64,000 bases of DNA, from NCBI RefSeq assembly GCF_006345805.1, contig NC_042999.1, positions 82,460,001-82,524,000 on the forward strand. Reading direction: 5' to 3'. The notes under the pieces were generated by a model that did not search any database, was not told where the DNA came from, and saw only the letters and a program-made list of their open reading frames with translations. Positions 26,230 to 39,967 of the stretch are shown here, in pieces; position 1 is the stretch's first letter; every line of letters begins with the position of its first letter. Source of the DNA: Octopus sinensis. Its lineage: Eukaryota. The translations under genes and the position numbers were made by a program.

Positions 26230-26640
26230 AAGGTAATGTTGTTGCCCACGATATCAACAAAGCTTTCGACTACGTCTGACGTGTGAAATTTCAGTCAAAA
26301 CTCCCACCCATGATCGGAAACATTTTCACCGATCATACAACTCGGTGTACCCAACATTTTATCATGTGCTCGCAGATTCGGTCTTGTCCAACTACTTTAT
26401 CAAGTACCAGCCACATATATCTAGTACCACACACCAAACTTACCATGACTTCCAAAATAGGGATCCACTTTGTTTTCAACAGTAAACGGTGCAAGTACCA
26501 CTCATACCAAGAAAACATCATCGCACAAACTCTACAGTTTAAAGAAGAGAAGCCAGCAACTACAGTCGTGCGTATCAATCCAGCTACTAAACATCACTAG
26601 CATTTGGGTTGATACTGATGGATATCTTATAGCAAATACA
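26230..26640 (+). mobile_element. Second CR1-like RT fragment
   Basis: VAHDINKAFDYV*RVKFQSKLP matches the VALDISKAFDRVWHxALLSKLP motif. Confidence 0.65.
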
Positions 26641-26957
26641 CGACCTTAATGCGACTAGGACTGTTACTCAAAAGCTGGTCCTGTTTGCAGGACCTGAAAG
26701 ACATCACTCCTAACAATTATTGACTTTCTACATAGCGTAAATGATCCCATATTTGAAACAACGTTGCTATAGTATGTAAAAATATCGTAGAATGCGTGTT
26801 TATATGTGTAATTGGCGCTAATAAATACTAATGCGCCTTTACATGTATGTGTGTGTACGTACGGGCGCACGTGTGTGTAGTGCGCTTGCACGTCTGTGTG
26901 TATATACATATACACACAGAGAGACAAAGAAAGATGCACACTCATACGTACAACACA

Positions 26958-26999
<42 letters not shown>

Positions 27000-27002
<3 letters not shown>

Positions 27003-27350
27003 CGGCCCATTGCTCAGTAGTTAGAGCGTCGAGCTTACGATCATGTTGTTGTGAGTTCGATTCACTTGGCTGCGTATTGTGTTCTTGAGCAAGACACATT
27101 ATTTCCCGTTGCTCAGCTGTAAAAATGAGCTGCGATGTCACTGGTGCCAAGCTGTATCGGCCTTTGCCTTTCTCTTGGATAACGTCGGTGGCGTGGAGAG
27201 GGGAAGCTGGTATGCATGGGTGACTGCTGGTCTTCCATAAAAACAACCCCATGCTGTGCATTCGCCGGTGAGGCGATTTTTTCACCCAGATTTGTACCCC
27301 GGAGGAGAATCTCTCAGGTGCACCCATGATCATTCGTGACCGCCGGAATC
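27000..27350 (+). mobile_element. tRNA-headed SINE with CORE-like domain
   Basis: A-box TTGCTCAGTAG, B-box GAGTTCGATTC, TTCTTGAGCAAGACAC core; homologous to 2620-2915. Confidence 0.7.
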
Positions 27351-27376
27351 GAGTTCATATATATGTGTGTGTATGA

Positions 27377-27408
<32 letters not shown>

Positions 27409-28449
27409 CTGTCCATCTGTCTGTCTGTCGGTGTGTTTATGTGTTTATATTATTAGCAATTTTATAGAAAATATTATTTGTTTTATTAATAATTATGCAA
27501 GTGACATCGAAGTTTCTTCAGTAGGTTGCCCATCAGGAAAATATTAAAGCCAATGCTAATAAAATTATTAATATATTCATATATACATAAATATGTGTAT
27601 GTTAGCTCATATTCATATATATATACATTGATATGTGTGTGGGGGGGTGAGTGTGCGTATCAGTGAGTTTGTATGTGCGTATGTGTGTGTGGGCGTGTGT
27701 GTGTGTGTGTGTGTGCCTTTGTGTTCTAGTTACTTTACAGAGCCAATGAATCAAACGATGTATATTTTGTTTTTGTTTTTTTTTTCTCATTAAATGACAG
27801 CTAAGAAAGTGAAAATTGTTTACTTCCATCTTTAACAGACATATAATTGCACTTCGGTCATATATCTCCTAACTATATTTTTTTTACTGAAATCGTTTTT
27901 TTGGGGTTTTTTTTTCTTTTTTCTGTATTTCTTTCGTTTATTCATTTACTTGTGTATTTATTTCACTGGAAACCTCGTATTTATGAGAAATAAGTCAAAG
28001 ATCTGGTCTGCTTAGTTATCTGACTAATATCTAAACTGACTAAAAATACTACGTTTTCCTTTCTCTGTTAAAGATTCTCCATCTTGTACGTATATATTTG
28101 ACGATTTTTTTAATATTTCTATCCGTTCGTGTGTGGTAGCAGACAATATCAAACCGAGAGAAGCAGAGAGAAATTTTGCTTCTCAACATGGCACTACATA
28201 TGTATCTATGTATGTATGTATTTACGTATGTATGTATATATGTATGTATGTGTGTACGTTTATGTATGTATGTATGTATGTATGTATGTATGTATGTATG
28301 TATGTATGTATGTATGCATGAAGTATGTATGCGTGCGTGTGTTATCTTCTGTTTTTAGTTATTTGAATGCTTCCTCTGAGGACGGCGTTGATTTCTACCA
28401 AAAATACACAGTTCCATCGACGTTAAGTAGGTAACAAAAGGAATGTAGC

Positions 28450-28800
28450 ATCTTAAACTTTAGGAAAATCTTACATATGTTTACTGTTCCACTTACAGGT
28501 ACTATTTGTAATGTGCAAGTTGTTTGTATGATTTCTTTTTCTGAAAACCCTAGCTTATCCAGACGGTCATTTAGGCCTTCACTCGCAAAACCAAATGCAG
28601 CAATTATCGTTGGTATAAATGTGAATTTATAATCTGGATATAGAGACTGTAGACTTCGATGCAGTTGTCCATTGATATTCTCTTTCTCTTTGGTTTCTAA
28701 AAATATATTTACGTCAGCAGTACAGCCGACCTCTATTACGATACATATTTGTCTCAGACAACAATAATCAGACATTTTTTTGGTCTTTCCCAAACAACAA
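28450..28800 (-). mobile_element. 3' end of an RLE-type non-LTR retrotransposon (R2/R4/NeSL group)
   Basis: ORF 28395-28793: CIVIEVGCTADVNIFLETKEKENINGQL..FIPTIIAAFG..LQIVPVSGTVNICKIFLKF. Confidence 0.85.
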
Positions 28801-30067
28801 TATTCAGCTCGTTATGTTTACACTTGACAGATGTTTTAATGCAAATGTTCCACAAATACTCCTTGTGTGTATGTATGCATGTATGTATGTATGTATGTAT
28901 GTATGTATGTATGTATGTATGTATGTATGTATGTATGTATGTATGCATGTATGTAAGTCATTTTTATTACAAGAGAAAGAGAGAAAGAGCCAGATTCTAA
29001 CGAAGATCCAAGGCTCCTTCATTGTAAGTATGTATACGTACAGATTTGTATGTTTTGTTTTATGTATGTCTTCTCGTGCATATACTTCCATATCTAGACA
29101 TGCTCATATATACTTAAATCATAAACCGCTGGTAAGTTTTTCAGCTTGTATGGATGTATAATATATAGAAATGTATGTATGTATGTCTTGATAGTTGTGC
29201 GGTTAAGAAATTCGACTTTTTTCCACGTCTCCGAGTTCGATAACATATTGAACAACCGCCGGGCAAGTTATTTCACGTAAGATGAGTAGAAAAAACGGGT
29301 GGTCACAGCTGGGGCATCTTTATTCATGGATATTTTTGATCAGTACAACAGTGGTGCTAAACAATAGCAAAACGAGTCATAACCTTTCCTTAGGAATTTA
29401 ACCAGAGCAGTGATTTGCTCATTGATATTCGTGGGATTGTGATGTTTTGAAACTTAGTCATCCCTCGACGGGAAGACCTGTAATCAAAGACAATGAAACC
29501 CAAACAACCCGTCTTTGTAAATACACTTTGGTTCCAACTATATTACCAAATAATTACATCCGTTTCTTTTAATATGGACTCGCAAGCGACTTGGCTGCTA
29601 TTATTACCAGGTCGAAACAGGCACAGAGCTCTTCCCCCGTTGTCACCTACACATGAGTGATTAGCAATGAAAAATTTTCATATAAATCCCTACTTGGGAA
29701 TCAGATTTTTCTACACGGGTTTCTTAATCCATATGACCTATACGTTCTCAGTCGCAGCAAATAATATCGAGGAAGAATCAGCTGACCTCCACAATAGTAC
29801 ATCATATATTGTTTGGTCCATCATTCATACAAAGCAATAATTACGGCTCTATTGTCTGTAAGAACCAGCTTGTTATTTCTAATGTGGATTTTTTTCTTTG
29901 GAATATTTTCACTAATTTCTCTATAGACATATGTGTGTATACATACAAACGTGCATGCACGTATATATTTACATGTATATATTTACATACACACATATAT
30001 CAATACATATTCATACATTTATGTGTGTGTATGCGTGTGTGTGTGAGAGAGAGTGTGCGTGTATGTA

Positions 30068-30098
<31 letters not shown>

Positions 30099-30483
30099 GC
30101 TTGTGTGTGTGTATGTGTGTGTGTGTTGGCGGTAGTCTTTCTCTATAAATTGCAACTAATTTGCTTTCTGTATTCGTATACGTTATATATATATTCTGCG
30201 CACATACTTATTGTGTGTGTATGTGTGCGTGTGTGCATGTGTGTCTACGTGTGTGTGCGTGCATGAGTGCATATGAATGTATATTTGCGTGTGTCTGTTT
30301 TTCTGCTGTCAGTCTGTCTGTTTGTCAGTCTGTCAGTTTGTGTGTGTGTGTGTTTGCATGAGTGTTTGTTGCTGTTTGTGCGTATGCTTGTGTGTGTGTG
30401 TGCTTGTATGTGTATGTATGTGTGTGTGTGTGTGTGTGCGTGTGTGTGTGTGTGTGTGCTTGTATGTGTATGTGTGTGTGTAT

Positions 30484-30514
<31 letters not shown>

Positions 30515-30959
30515 AGTGTGTGTGTGTGTTTGAGTAGATTTGCGTGTAGAAGGTGATAACGTAAAAGAAAGATAGCATGAAAGAAAAGCGTGATCGTGCC
30601 TGCATGCGTGTGTTTCGGATGTCTTGAATAATTTCGATAGAGAAATGGCCTTTGCTATAATAATCATTACAATAAAGACATCTTTTGTTGCATTCTAACG
30701 TCAAAAGCTGGACATATGCCAGTCAGTTTATTGTCAAAACCAGCCATATTATGAAACTGTATTCAACTCTGCGCTTTCATCATTGTATTAATCTTCATTG
30801 AATGGGAAATATATAGAACACTCTTTGTTTACCATTTCCCTGCTTCATAATCGCACTTATAATTCGACAGAGATTTCTCAAGCGCATATCTCCACCCAAT
30901 TTCTATAATATCGGTTTAATCGTATGATACTCTAAAACTAAACAAAAACATTTTTAAAC

Positions 30960-31127
30960 ACCTTGACCACCTGCAATCAGATGTAAACAGTTTGTGATGT
31001 TGCTGCTGCTACTACTATCACTGCTACTTCTACTACTACTAAGATTACTACTATTACCACCATTCACCACTACTACCATTACTACATTGCTGCTGCCACC
31101 ACCACCACTACTACAACTCCTACTATA

Positions 31128-31185
<58 letters not shown>

Positions 31186-32120
31186 TAATAATAATAATAG
31201 TAGTAGTCGTTCCTACTGCAGGCACAAGGCCCCATATATCTGCTCGATAGCATAAACTTGCCTCTCCAGGTGCCGAGAAGCAAACCCACCGATTTATTTG
31301 GGTTTATTTTAGCACATGTCATCTCCTCGTATTCATTTAGAATAGAATCTACTACTTGAACTTCTAATAACTGTCTAGTAACATTACAGTGATGTCATCC
31401 ACATAAGCTGACACAGTTCTCTCGCACCCCAGTTCGAAAGTGATCCCTCTCTAGAGTCCTAGCTTAAGCAGCAAAAGCTCGCGCGCAACAAGTTATACAA
31501 CAGATAAAACAGGGCACCCCTGACGGATCGAGCGCGTGATATCAAAACATTCTAACAGGTGACCACTTATTTGACCACCGAAGAAGCGCCTCTGTGCATT
31601 GCTGCGATCCAGCCACTGAAACGGGTCCGAAAACGGCTACCTTTAGAACTGCTGCCATGATGCGATGGTCGATTATATCGAAGGCTTTCGACTAATCCAA
31701 ATTGATCGGGGTCCCACCAGCACCAGATTTGTTACTCATTCCCTTTGGAGATATTCATAGATGGATCTACTGCGTTTTGCACACGTTTGAGCTTCTCCAA
31801 CCAAACCACTTATAACAAGCCCCAACCTCTTTGCTAACCCTTTGGCCAACATTTTAAACGCTACATTTAGCAAGGTTACAGGGTACAATTTTTTTATATC
31901 ATCTTTGTTGATTTCCTTTCTCAACAACATTAATACAATGAACAGTGAATTCTCTCGCTTTGTGGTTAGCTGAGAAAGATGTTTGCCAAGAGGTCGCTAG
32001 ACAGGTCTTGCATATAGCCACAAAGCTCATAGCACAGACAATCCAAACAGGGTAATTTATCCTTTGCATAATTACTCGCTACATCCCGTATCTCAACCAC
32101 TGTTATTGGCCTTTGGCAAT
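30960..32120 (-). mobile_element. Decayed Tx1/L1-clade ORF2 fragments, split by an (AAT)n/(TAG)n block
   Basis: PITVVEIRDV..KLPCLDCLCYE, YPVTLLNVAFKMLAKGLAKRL..EAQTCA, AKINPNKSVGLLLGTWRGK; parallels the element at 57129-63260. Confidence 0.85.
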
Positions 32121-32928
32121 GGTTTTGCCTTTTCTCTTGATTTTTAGTCAAACAAGTAAAAAGATGAAAAAGATAAGATTAAAGACTGTCAGAAAAACAG
32201 TTGTGTTTTCTGCATCAGTGTAAGTCATACGGTGTATACTTAAACTATATAAATGATTGCCAGTAAGAAGTCAGATTTTTCTGAAGCTCGCCTTGCAGCC
32301 GCATGATTTCGAGTTCATTCCCACTGCTCGGTATCTTGGGCAAATGTTTTCTCCTATAGCCTTTGACTGACCCATGCCTTGCAAGTGAATCTGGTTTACA
32401 TAAACTGTCTGGAAGTCTGTCGTGTATATACATATATGTGTTTTGTACGCGTGTGTGTATGAGTGCGTGTGAATGTGATGTGTGTGTGTGTGTGTGTGTT
32501 TCGTTTGTCATTGACACAGACTAGCACCGATTAGCAACCAGTGTTAGTTTTTTTCTTTATGTTCCTCTAACCTAACGGTTTGGCGCAAACGATTGTTAAA
32601 ATAAGTAGCAGACACTCAAGAAGCATAAGTACTGGGGTTATATTTTTAAAACCCGGTACTTATTCTATCGGACCTCCTTTGCCTAACCGCAAAGTTATGG
32701 CGATATACACACATCAACGCTGGTTGTCAAGTGGTGGCGGGGAGGGGATAAACACCGACACAAAGACTCACACACATACATACATACATACATACATACA
32801 TACATACATACATACATACATACATGTAATCTGGGAATTCATACAATGCTCTTCTCTGCCCTAGGTGTATGGAAAACACTCGGCGAGAAACGGAAGAAAA
32901 TTTGAAGAAAGAAGGAAAAAAAAAATTA

Positions 32929-32993
<65 letters not shown>

Positions 32994-34430
32994 CAACAAC
33001 AATACCACAGATTTGCTAACAATATAAAATATGGGCTACAGCAAATATTCTGCTCAATACCACAGATTTGCTTGTCAGTTGTTTGACCATAACCAGTTGA
33101 CCATGTCCTTTAGTGGCTGATGATCATAAGCAGAAGTAGTGGGGAAGCATCATAGCCGTGTGTTGAAAGGAATTCTTAGAGGTTTGGATAATTCACCTTT
33201 GGAAACATGGGTGGTTCGTTCAACATCCTTAAACAATCCTTATTCAGGGACCTTTTGAGTGGAATGGTCTATTCGACAAGAAGAAAATCTAACTGGGCCC
33301 CACCTGCAAGGTCATGCGCTGTTTATCTTTATATGAAATCACCATGTCGTGCACATATGGCTGTGATGCATGTGCCTGGTGTACCCTTATCAGACGTGTA
33401 GTCATCATGGGTATACTGGGCTTCGTATATTTTACCCCAGTGTTACTTTGATGACATGCACTGCTCTCTCACTCAATAATAATAATAATAAATGGAAATA
33501 CAAAATTTACCACTTTTATAAAGGCAGATAAATTCTATCACATGAAAAAAGCAAGCCAGTAGATTTCAAAGACTGATCTTGAGCTTTGTTAATAGACATT
33601 GCAAAGCAAAGTTACACTGGGAATTGTGCTCGTTTGAACTAAAATAGCATGTCTGTCGGTTTGATTGGAATTCTTGGAAAGAAAACCTCTTTCCCGCAGG
33701 CACATCCAGTGATGAAGGTAGCTTCTGTAATATTAGGTGATAATGTCTTCACAATCAACCTTGTCCCATTGCATAATTAATTAGGATCTAAATTTCTACC
33801 AGACTTCACTCACAAGACATTGGTCAGCTCGAGACTATAGTAGAAGACAGTTGCCCAAGGTGCCACGAAGTGGGAATGAACCCGGAACATGTGATTGGGA
33901 AGCAAGCTTCTTATCACACCGCCATGCCTAAATACATAAAATTACTCAAGGACCCAAACTCTCTTTTTTAGGCTGTATCTAAGATTCTCAACGGACAACA
34001 GTTTTGTGGACGCACTAATTAACTATTGAATAGACTACGGTTAGTACTGAATTTGTTGATATCGTATGGTTGAAATGCATAGAAAACTCAACTAGATTCG
34101 AACACAGGACCGAAAGAACACTGGCATAATAAGAATTCGTGTAAATCGAGGACGGTCCTTGAGTTTCCAGCCCACCACCAATAAAGAACACTATAATATA
34201 CAAAGAAAGTACCGCCCCAAAAGAATGCCGGTTTGCAAGGACAGCCCTCACGTCCTGCTTGGTATTCAAGAGACAAAGAAACAAAACTAAGTTAACATTA
34301 ACGGGTAATTGTGGGCTGAAGTGTTTGAATTACGTTTCTAGGGCGGAGTTAGGATTTAGAGGCGTTGTAGATGCTAGGGTTGACATGAAGGGAATCGATA
34401 GGTGCAGCATCAGTCATAAGCTATTCACAA

Positions 34431-34532
<102 letters not shown>

Positions 34533-36263
34533 GTAGATATATATAGATACAAACGTACATATACATATATATCGGAGATAGTTAATAAAATTTGTAATTT
34601 AATATACATCTAAAGATTTCTACGCAAAATGCATGTGCAAATACAAATATTAATATTAATAATATTAATTTATATTAATATTAATATTTCTATTTCTACA
34701 TGTATTTTGCGTGTATATCCTAATGTGTGTGTAATAGATTACATCATTATGTGATGTGCATTATGCATTATACACAACAAATACACACACACACACATAT
34801 ATGTATGCATATATGAACGTATGTGCATTTGTTCGTGATAACATCATCTGTACACCATTGATATCTGAAATATAATCATTTCGAGATATTACGTATTATG
34901 TACATATATGTGTACATAGATAGAATGTCGTTGATATGTATCTTCGTGTATGTGATATGATTGATAAACAGTGCAAACTTATTGGACGGAAACAAGTTAG
35001 TAATATACTAGCATCAAAGTGAGACCTTGTGCCTCTTTAAGAAATCAATATACTAATATGAAATGAGTCCTGTCAAAATGAATAAATATATATGGATCTC
35101 TGTCGTTTACGACGATGAATATTCAGTTGTTCAGTGATCTGATGTACCTATTCATTATACTGGTTTCAAATTTTGACACAAAGCCAGCAATTTTAGGGGG
35201 GAAGGATAAGTCGATTACATCAACCCCAGTGTCCAACAGCTACTTATTTTTCACTAAATTTAGATATCGTTTTGCACTGCTACATCATTTTTGTGATTAA
35301 AAATTAGTCAGCATAATTGTTGTTGCTGAAGTTCAGAGATTTAGAAACATAATCAGGTGAATGGTACTTTTTTTATAAAGAAAGTTTTCCTCAACTTTGC
35401 CCCCGATTGTAACTGAGGATGTTAACAAAATATCTGGATAAGTTTTGGTATTTAGCAATAAAAATTATTTTCTCTATTGGATCCCAAGTCAATTTTTACA
35501 AACACTAATATTTAATTTGATAATTATTAATTTTCAAAACACATTGTCTAAAGTAAGGCAATATGAGTAATGAATAATTACTGTAACTCCTTCTCTTTAA
35601 CTGCATGGTGCGTAAATGTATTAGGAAGAGGACCACTACAGCAGACTTTTTGGGTCGACAAAATAATGCCAGTCAAGCATTGGGGTCACATTGCACCTAT
35701 AGTAAGAACGATTATTATAGTGGTATTTGTTATTGCTGTTGTTCCTCGCTTAAGCATTAAGCCTTAAATTCAAAAAGAAAGTTATAAGATTGCACCAACC
35801 ACAGGACTTGACTGGTTCATTATTTCACAAAGCCCGGGGGAGCGAAAAGGGAAGTTGAACTCAACTAAGAAAGTAAAGGGACGTAACTGTATATCTCAAA
35901 GCATACTCTTGTGACATTCTTCAAGGTAATTTAAATAATCAACTGTGAATAAATGGAAGCGAAACACAGGAAAGGGTTTCAAAGGGAAATGGAAAGGGAC
36001 AAAATTAAATATACTCTTGAGACATCAATCTGTAACAAAAATTAATATCTAAATGAAGTAAACATAGGAATAATTACGTAATACGTTCTCAAAATCAAGA
36101 CCCAAATACATCTAAATGCATGTGGGACGGCGTAGGTTGGATATGTGTCTCCATCTCTATCAGAATAGTATATATATATACTTCGTATGCGCGTGAGAAT
36201 GTGCGTATGTGTGTGACCGTATGAATACACATATATATATTAAATATGTATATATATGTATGT

Positions 36264-36323
<60 letters not shown>

Positions 36324-36345
36324 ATGTTACATTACTCGGTAGTCA

Positions 36346-36408
36346 AGATAAAACTCTGAGTTTCAGATGCCGAAGTGGAAATCCACAACACCATCTCTTC
36401 GGTTATCT
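36346..36408 (-). ncRNA. Type-I hammerhead ribozyme fold in the Penelope 3' region, core CCGAAGA
   Basis: AGATAA-CCGAAGA-GATG..GTGG(ATTT)CCAC..CATC-T-GAA-ACTC(A)GAGT-T-TTATCT: 6-bp stem I, palindromic stem III, GUU site. Confidence 0.65.
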
Positions 36409-36600
36409 GGCTATTTGAAAACGTTATGAAAAAATACCGTTAAAAATGAAGGGAAATTACTCTGTTATAACTCTGCTTTGCCTGCGTACTTATACATCGC
36501 TCGCATTTTTCGTCATAAAAATTATATAAAAATACATAAAAATATAAAAATATATAAAAATATATAAAATCTTCTTGGGACATAACACAGAAAGCATGTT

Positions 36601-37731
36601 CTATCCGTTTTCTTTAGGGGACCAAAAACGTAACAGAAATTTAGTCACATGTGGGCATGATCCGAAAAGCTCTGTCCTTGTATTTAGACATGTGGTAGGG
36701 TCTAAGCTGCTTTTCCAGATAAGCCATCTCTCCATGTCGCATAAACCGCACCTTCCGCTGCCGTTAGTATAGGGCTTACATCTGGCCAAAATCTTCCATT
36801 GTATGTTATAATCGACACCTTTATCTCTTAAAGACCAAATATGATTGGATAATTGTGTCGCTTTTCTTTTGTTCCAGTGCCTAAAGCTCAAAGTGTGGTT
36901 ATTGAACCTGGCCTTGAAATTACCCTCTGTCAGGCCCACGTATTTCTTCGTCGAAACGGTGTCTTTAGTGGTTATAGAGTTTACGGTAGCTTCATATATG
37001 ATGGTCTTGGACATGCAAGCTCCATTTAGCGGGCACAATTCTTTATTCCTGCATGAACAGCTGTTTTCTTCTTGTGTTTTTTGTATGTTATGATTGATTA
37101 TGTTTTTAAAATTGGTAGTTGAACTAAAACTAATTTTTAAATTGTGTCTATTAAAGAGTTTCCTATAAGCATGGTTAACTGGAAAATGTCTATCTATCAG
37201 TGCTAGGAAATATTTACCTATATTGAAGGCCACCTCGGGTGAGTAAGGGGGCGTAAACCAGATGACCTTCCTATTTCTATTATTCCTTTTCCTTATTGTT
37301 GGGCTGGTGATAGGTGTATATTTTATTTTTTCGCTAAAACCACTATCTTTTAAAGCTTTATTATAAACTGGGGCAACGCTATTGAAGATGTCCTCATTAG
37401 ATGAGAGGCTAGAAATCCTCTTACTAATATTTTTAACTAAATTTTTGAATACTATAGGGGGATGGCATGAACCTACATTAATATAACTTAGTCTATCATT
37501 GGGCTTCCTATAAGGCTTATAAATATTATTATTAAGATCTAAGGAAACGTCTAAGAAATTGACAACCGTCAGGTTAGTGTCTATAGTTATACTAAGTCCG
37601 AAGTGTTTCATTAACTGGATAATATCCTTCCTAAAACGATCTTGTGCTGGTCCATTTGTATTAGCTGTTAAGGCGAGGGCATCATCTTTGTAGATGGCGA
37701 AATGTACGTTAGGGAATGTCTTAGGGAATGT
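36601..37731 (-). CDS. Penelope RT C-terminus plus GIY-YIG endonuclease (partial, open 376 aa; no true start)
   Basis: Frame extends upstream of the tracked ATG through AIYKDDALA (RT YxDD) and VNFLDVSL; Cys linker CSCRNKELCPLNGAC; IIYEATV..KYVGLTEGNFKARFNNH; CGLCDMER..CLNTRTEL..CPH. Confidence 0.92.
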   Translation of the reverse strand, partial: TFPKTFPNVHFAIYKDDALALTANTNGPAQDRFRKDIIQLMKHFGLSITIDTNLTVVNFLDVSLDLNNNIYKPYRKPNDRLSYINVGSCHPPIVFKNLVKNISKRISSLSSNEDIFNSVAPVYNKALKDSGFSEKIKYTPITSPTIRKRNNRNRKVIWFTPPYSPEVAFNIGKYFLALIDRHFPVNHAYRKLFNRHNLKISFSSTTNFKNIINHNIQKTQEENSCSCRNKELCPLNGACMSKTIIYEATVNSITTKDTVSTKKYVGLTEGNFKARFNNHTLSFRHWNKRKATQLSNHIWSLRDKGVDYNIQWKILARCKPYTNGSGRCGLCDMERWLIWKSSLDPTTCLNTRTELFGSCPHVTKFLLRFWSPKENG

Positions 37732-37810
37732 CTAGGGAATTTCTAGGGAATTTCCTCTATTTACATAATATTGAGGTCTCTTTCTTTCTTTTGTTATCTT
37801 ACCGTTTTAT

Positions 37811-37842
<32 letters not shown>

Positions 37843-37919
37843 TAATCAAAATAAAAGTATATATATATATGTATGTATATATATATATGTATGTATGTGT
37901 ATATATATATATATATATA

Positions 37920-38297
37920 TCTCTATATAAACGGCAGTTTGTCTGTGCGTTTTCTGTGTGTCTGTTTTCTCGTACCCTCACTCTGACCATGGCTTTCAAC
38001 CGATTCTGATGAAACTTGACACACACATAGCCCAATGTCATAATTCAAAACTAACGCAGCGAAAATTTTGAAAAGTTCCCCCAGTTCTGAAAAAAATCGA
38101 TAAATTCGACATGGGGTCGAGAATTAGAAACCAAAACCACAGACCGTCTAGGGGACGCAACTCTACCTTTTTTAACTCTCAAAAAAAATTTACCAGCATT
38201 TTTTTTCCATTCTTTTGCTATTTTTTGGCTATAACTCTCTAAAAATGCTTATAGGTTATTTCCTTACAAACCTGAGCAACGCCGGGCGATACTGCTA
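37920..38297 (+). mobile_element. Non-autonomous Helitron
   Basis: 5' TC; 3' hairpin AGCA-ACGCC-G-GGCG-ATAC-TGCTA; the same end occurs with intact CTAG at 47120. Confidence 0.7.
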
Positions 38298-38303
38298 TAT
38301 ATA

Positions 38304-38377
<74 letters not shown>

Positions 38378-38389
38378 AATCCAAACAAG

Positions 38390-38575
38390 CACAAAAAAAC
38401 ACAACAACGCGAGGACGTGGAACAAATATAGTATTATTGGACGCTCAGGAATGAAGGAAAGAAGGAGGGTTTAACGTTTCGAGCGGAGCTCTTCGTCGGA
38501 AACATAGGAGAAGGAAAGCTCCAGAAAAGGGAAGACAGAGGAAAAAATCGCCAACGGTACACACAAGGTAAGTTT
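38390..38575 (-). mobile_element. Penelope-pLTR-like short repeat (second family)
   Basis: Homologous to 55249-55396; flanked by microsatellite; contains a hammerhead fold. Confidence 0.6.
38469..38503 (-). ncRNA. Minimal type-I hammerhead fold, core CCGACGA, all stems intact
   Basis: GTTT-CCGACGA-A-GAGC(TCC)GCTC-GAAAC-GTT-AAAC. Confidence 0.6.
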
Positions 38576-39139
38576 CCTAGTCATCCTGATGCCCTCATTG
38601 CCGCGATGCACTTTAGCTGTAATCGAACCCCGCAATGAACTCCCAAAATGGCTGTAAGTGTGTTTGTGGAACTCTTTTTGCTCGTAGACTCCAACTTACC
38701 ATGGTTTTTATGAAATGAACATTTTTCACGTACTCTTTTGTTTGAGGGGAGTAAGAAAATTATTTTAGTAGATTGATATTTTATTTTATTGTATTTAGAT
38801 TTTTAGTAGCATGACACACTTAGAATTTTTAGACGATTGTATGTACTTTTTTGACTGGCCGTTCTTTATATCTGTATTTTTATTCGCATATATATTTTTA
38901 CTTTCTGTGTTTTTATGTATATGTATATTTTTATATGTTTAAGAACCTTGGTAATCTTTATATGTGATCAAATGTTTGGAGGTATGGTGTTATATATATA
39001 AAGTCGTTGACTCAAATTTGATGATTGTTCTATGATCAAAGTTTCTATATCTCTGTCTGAATTATATTTTAGCACTTCTTTTTTTGCAGTCCTATAAACA
39101 TTTCTGCTTCCATAAAAAGAGAAAAAATTATTTGTTGTT

Positions 39140-39916
39140 GTATGTGTATATACAGTCAGCAAATTGGGTCAATGTATTCCTCACAAACTTTTCGAGTCTA
39201 ATCGCGCGCAGAGAGAGAATGTGTGCTATTCGTTGCTGTCACGTCTCACGAATGAATCTTTACTGGGCTGAATAGTGACTGGTGACGAGAAATGGGTTCT
39301 CTATAAAAATGTCAAGCGCCGAAGACAGTTCGTAGAGAAAGGAGAAACAGGGGCACCCCAGACTAAATATGGTCTTGACACATGTAAGGTGATGTTATGT
39401 GCTTGTTGGGATATGGAAGGTTTAGTCCACTTTTAAAGCCAAACTAAACGATAACAAAGGAGATCTACTGCGAGCTGCTTGAGCTGCTTAAGTCAGCGTT
39501 AGAAGAAAAAGAACCATCTTTGGTTTCAAGATGAAAGGTGTTCACCCATCAGGATAATGCTCGGCCACATATTGTGACGGTGACATTCAAAAGGCTTGAG
39601 CTGTTTGAATGGGGAATGATGCGCTACCCACCATATTCGCGGGACATTGCCCCATTTAATTATCATTTATTCCGCAGTCTTTAATATCATTTGGATAAAA
39701 AAATATGAATTCTGTAGACGAAATCAGAAGAAGTACTGGGGGAGTACCTTTCGTCACGGTCAAGTGTATTTTGGAAGGGGGGCTTTGCACGTCTACTATA
39801 TAGATGGAAGAGCATTGTAGAAAATGAAGGAGAGTATATTTTCAATTAAAAAGAACTATATCTTAATTTTGAAAAATAAAAGTATTAAAAAACCGCATTA
39901 TATATAGGATGTACAG

Positions 39917-39925
<9 letters not shown>
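39140..39925 (+). pseudogene. Mariner (D,D34D) transposase relic with right TIR
   Basis: IVTGDEKWVLYKN, KVMLCACWDMEG, HQDNARPH, YPPYSRDIAPFNYHLFRSL, VENEGEYIF; stops and frameshifts; AAAAAACCGCATTA terminal region. Confidence 0.95.

Positions 39926-39967
<42 letters not shown>

Larger units (their letters stand above)
36346..37756 (-). mobile_element. 5'-truncated Penelope-like retroelement with 3' pLTR region
   Basis: RT end plus GIY-YIG ORF, and a downstream hammerhead fold. Confidence 0.92.
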
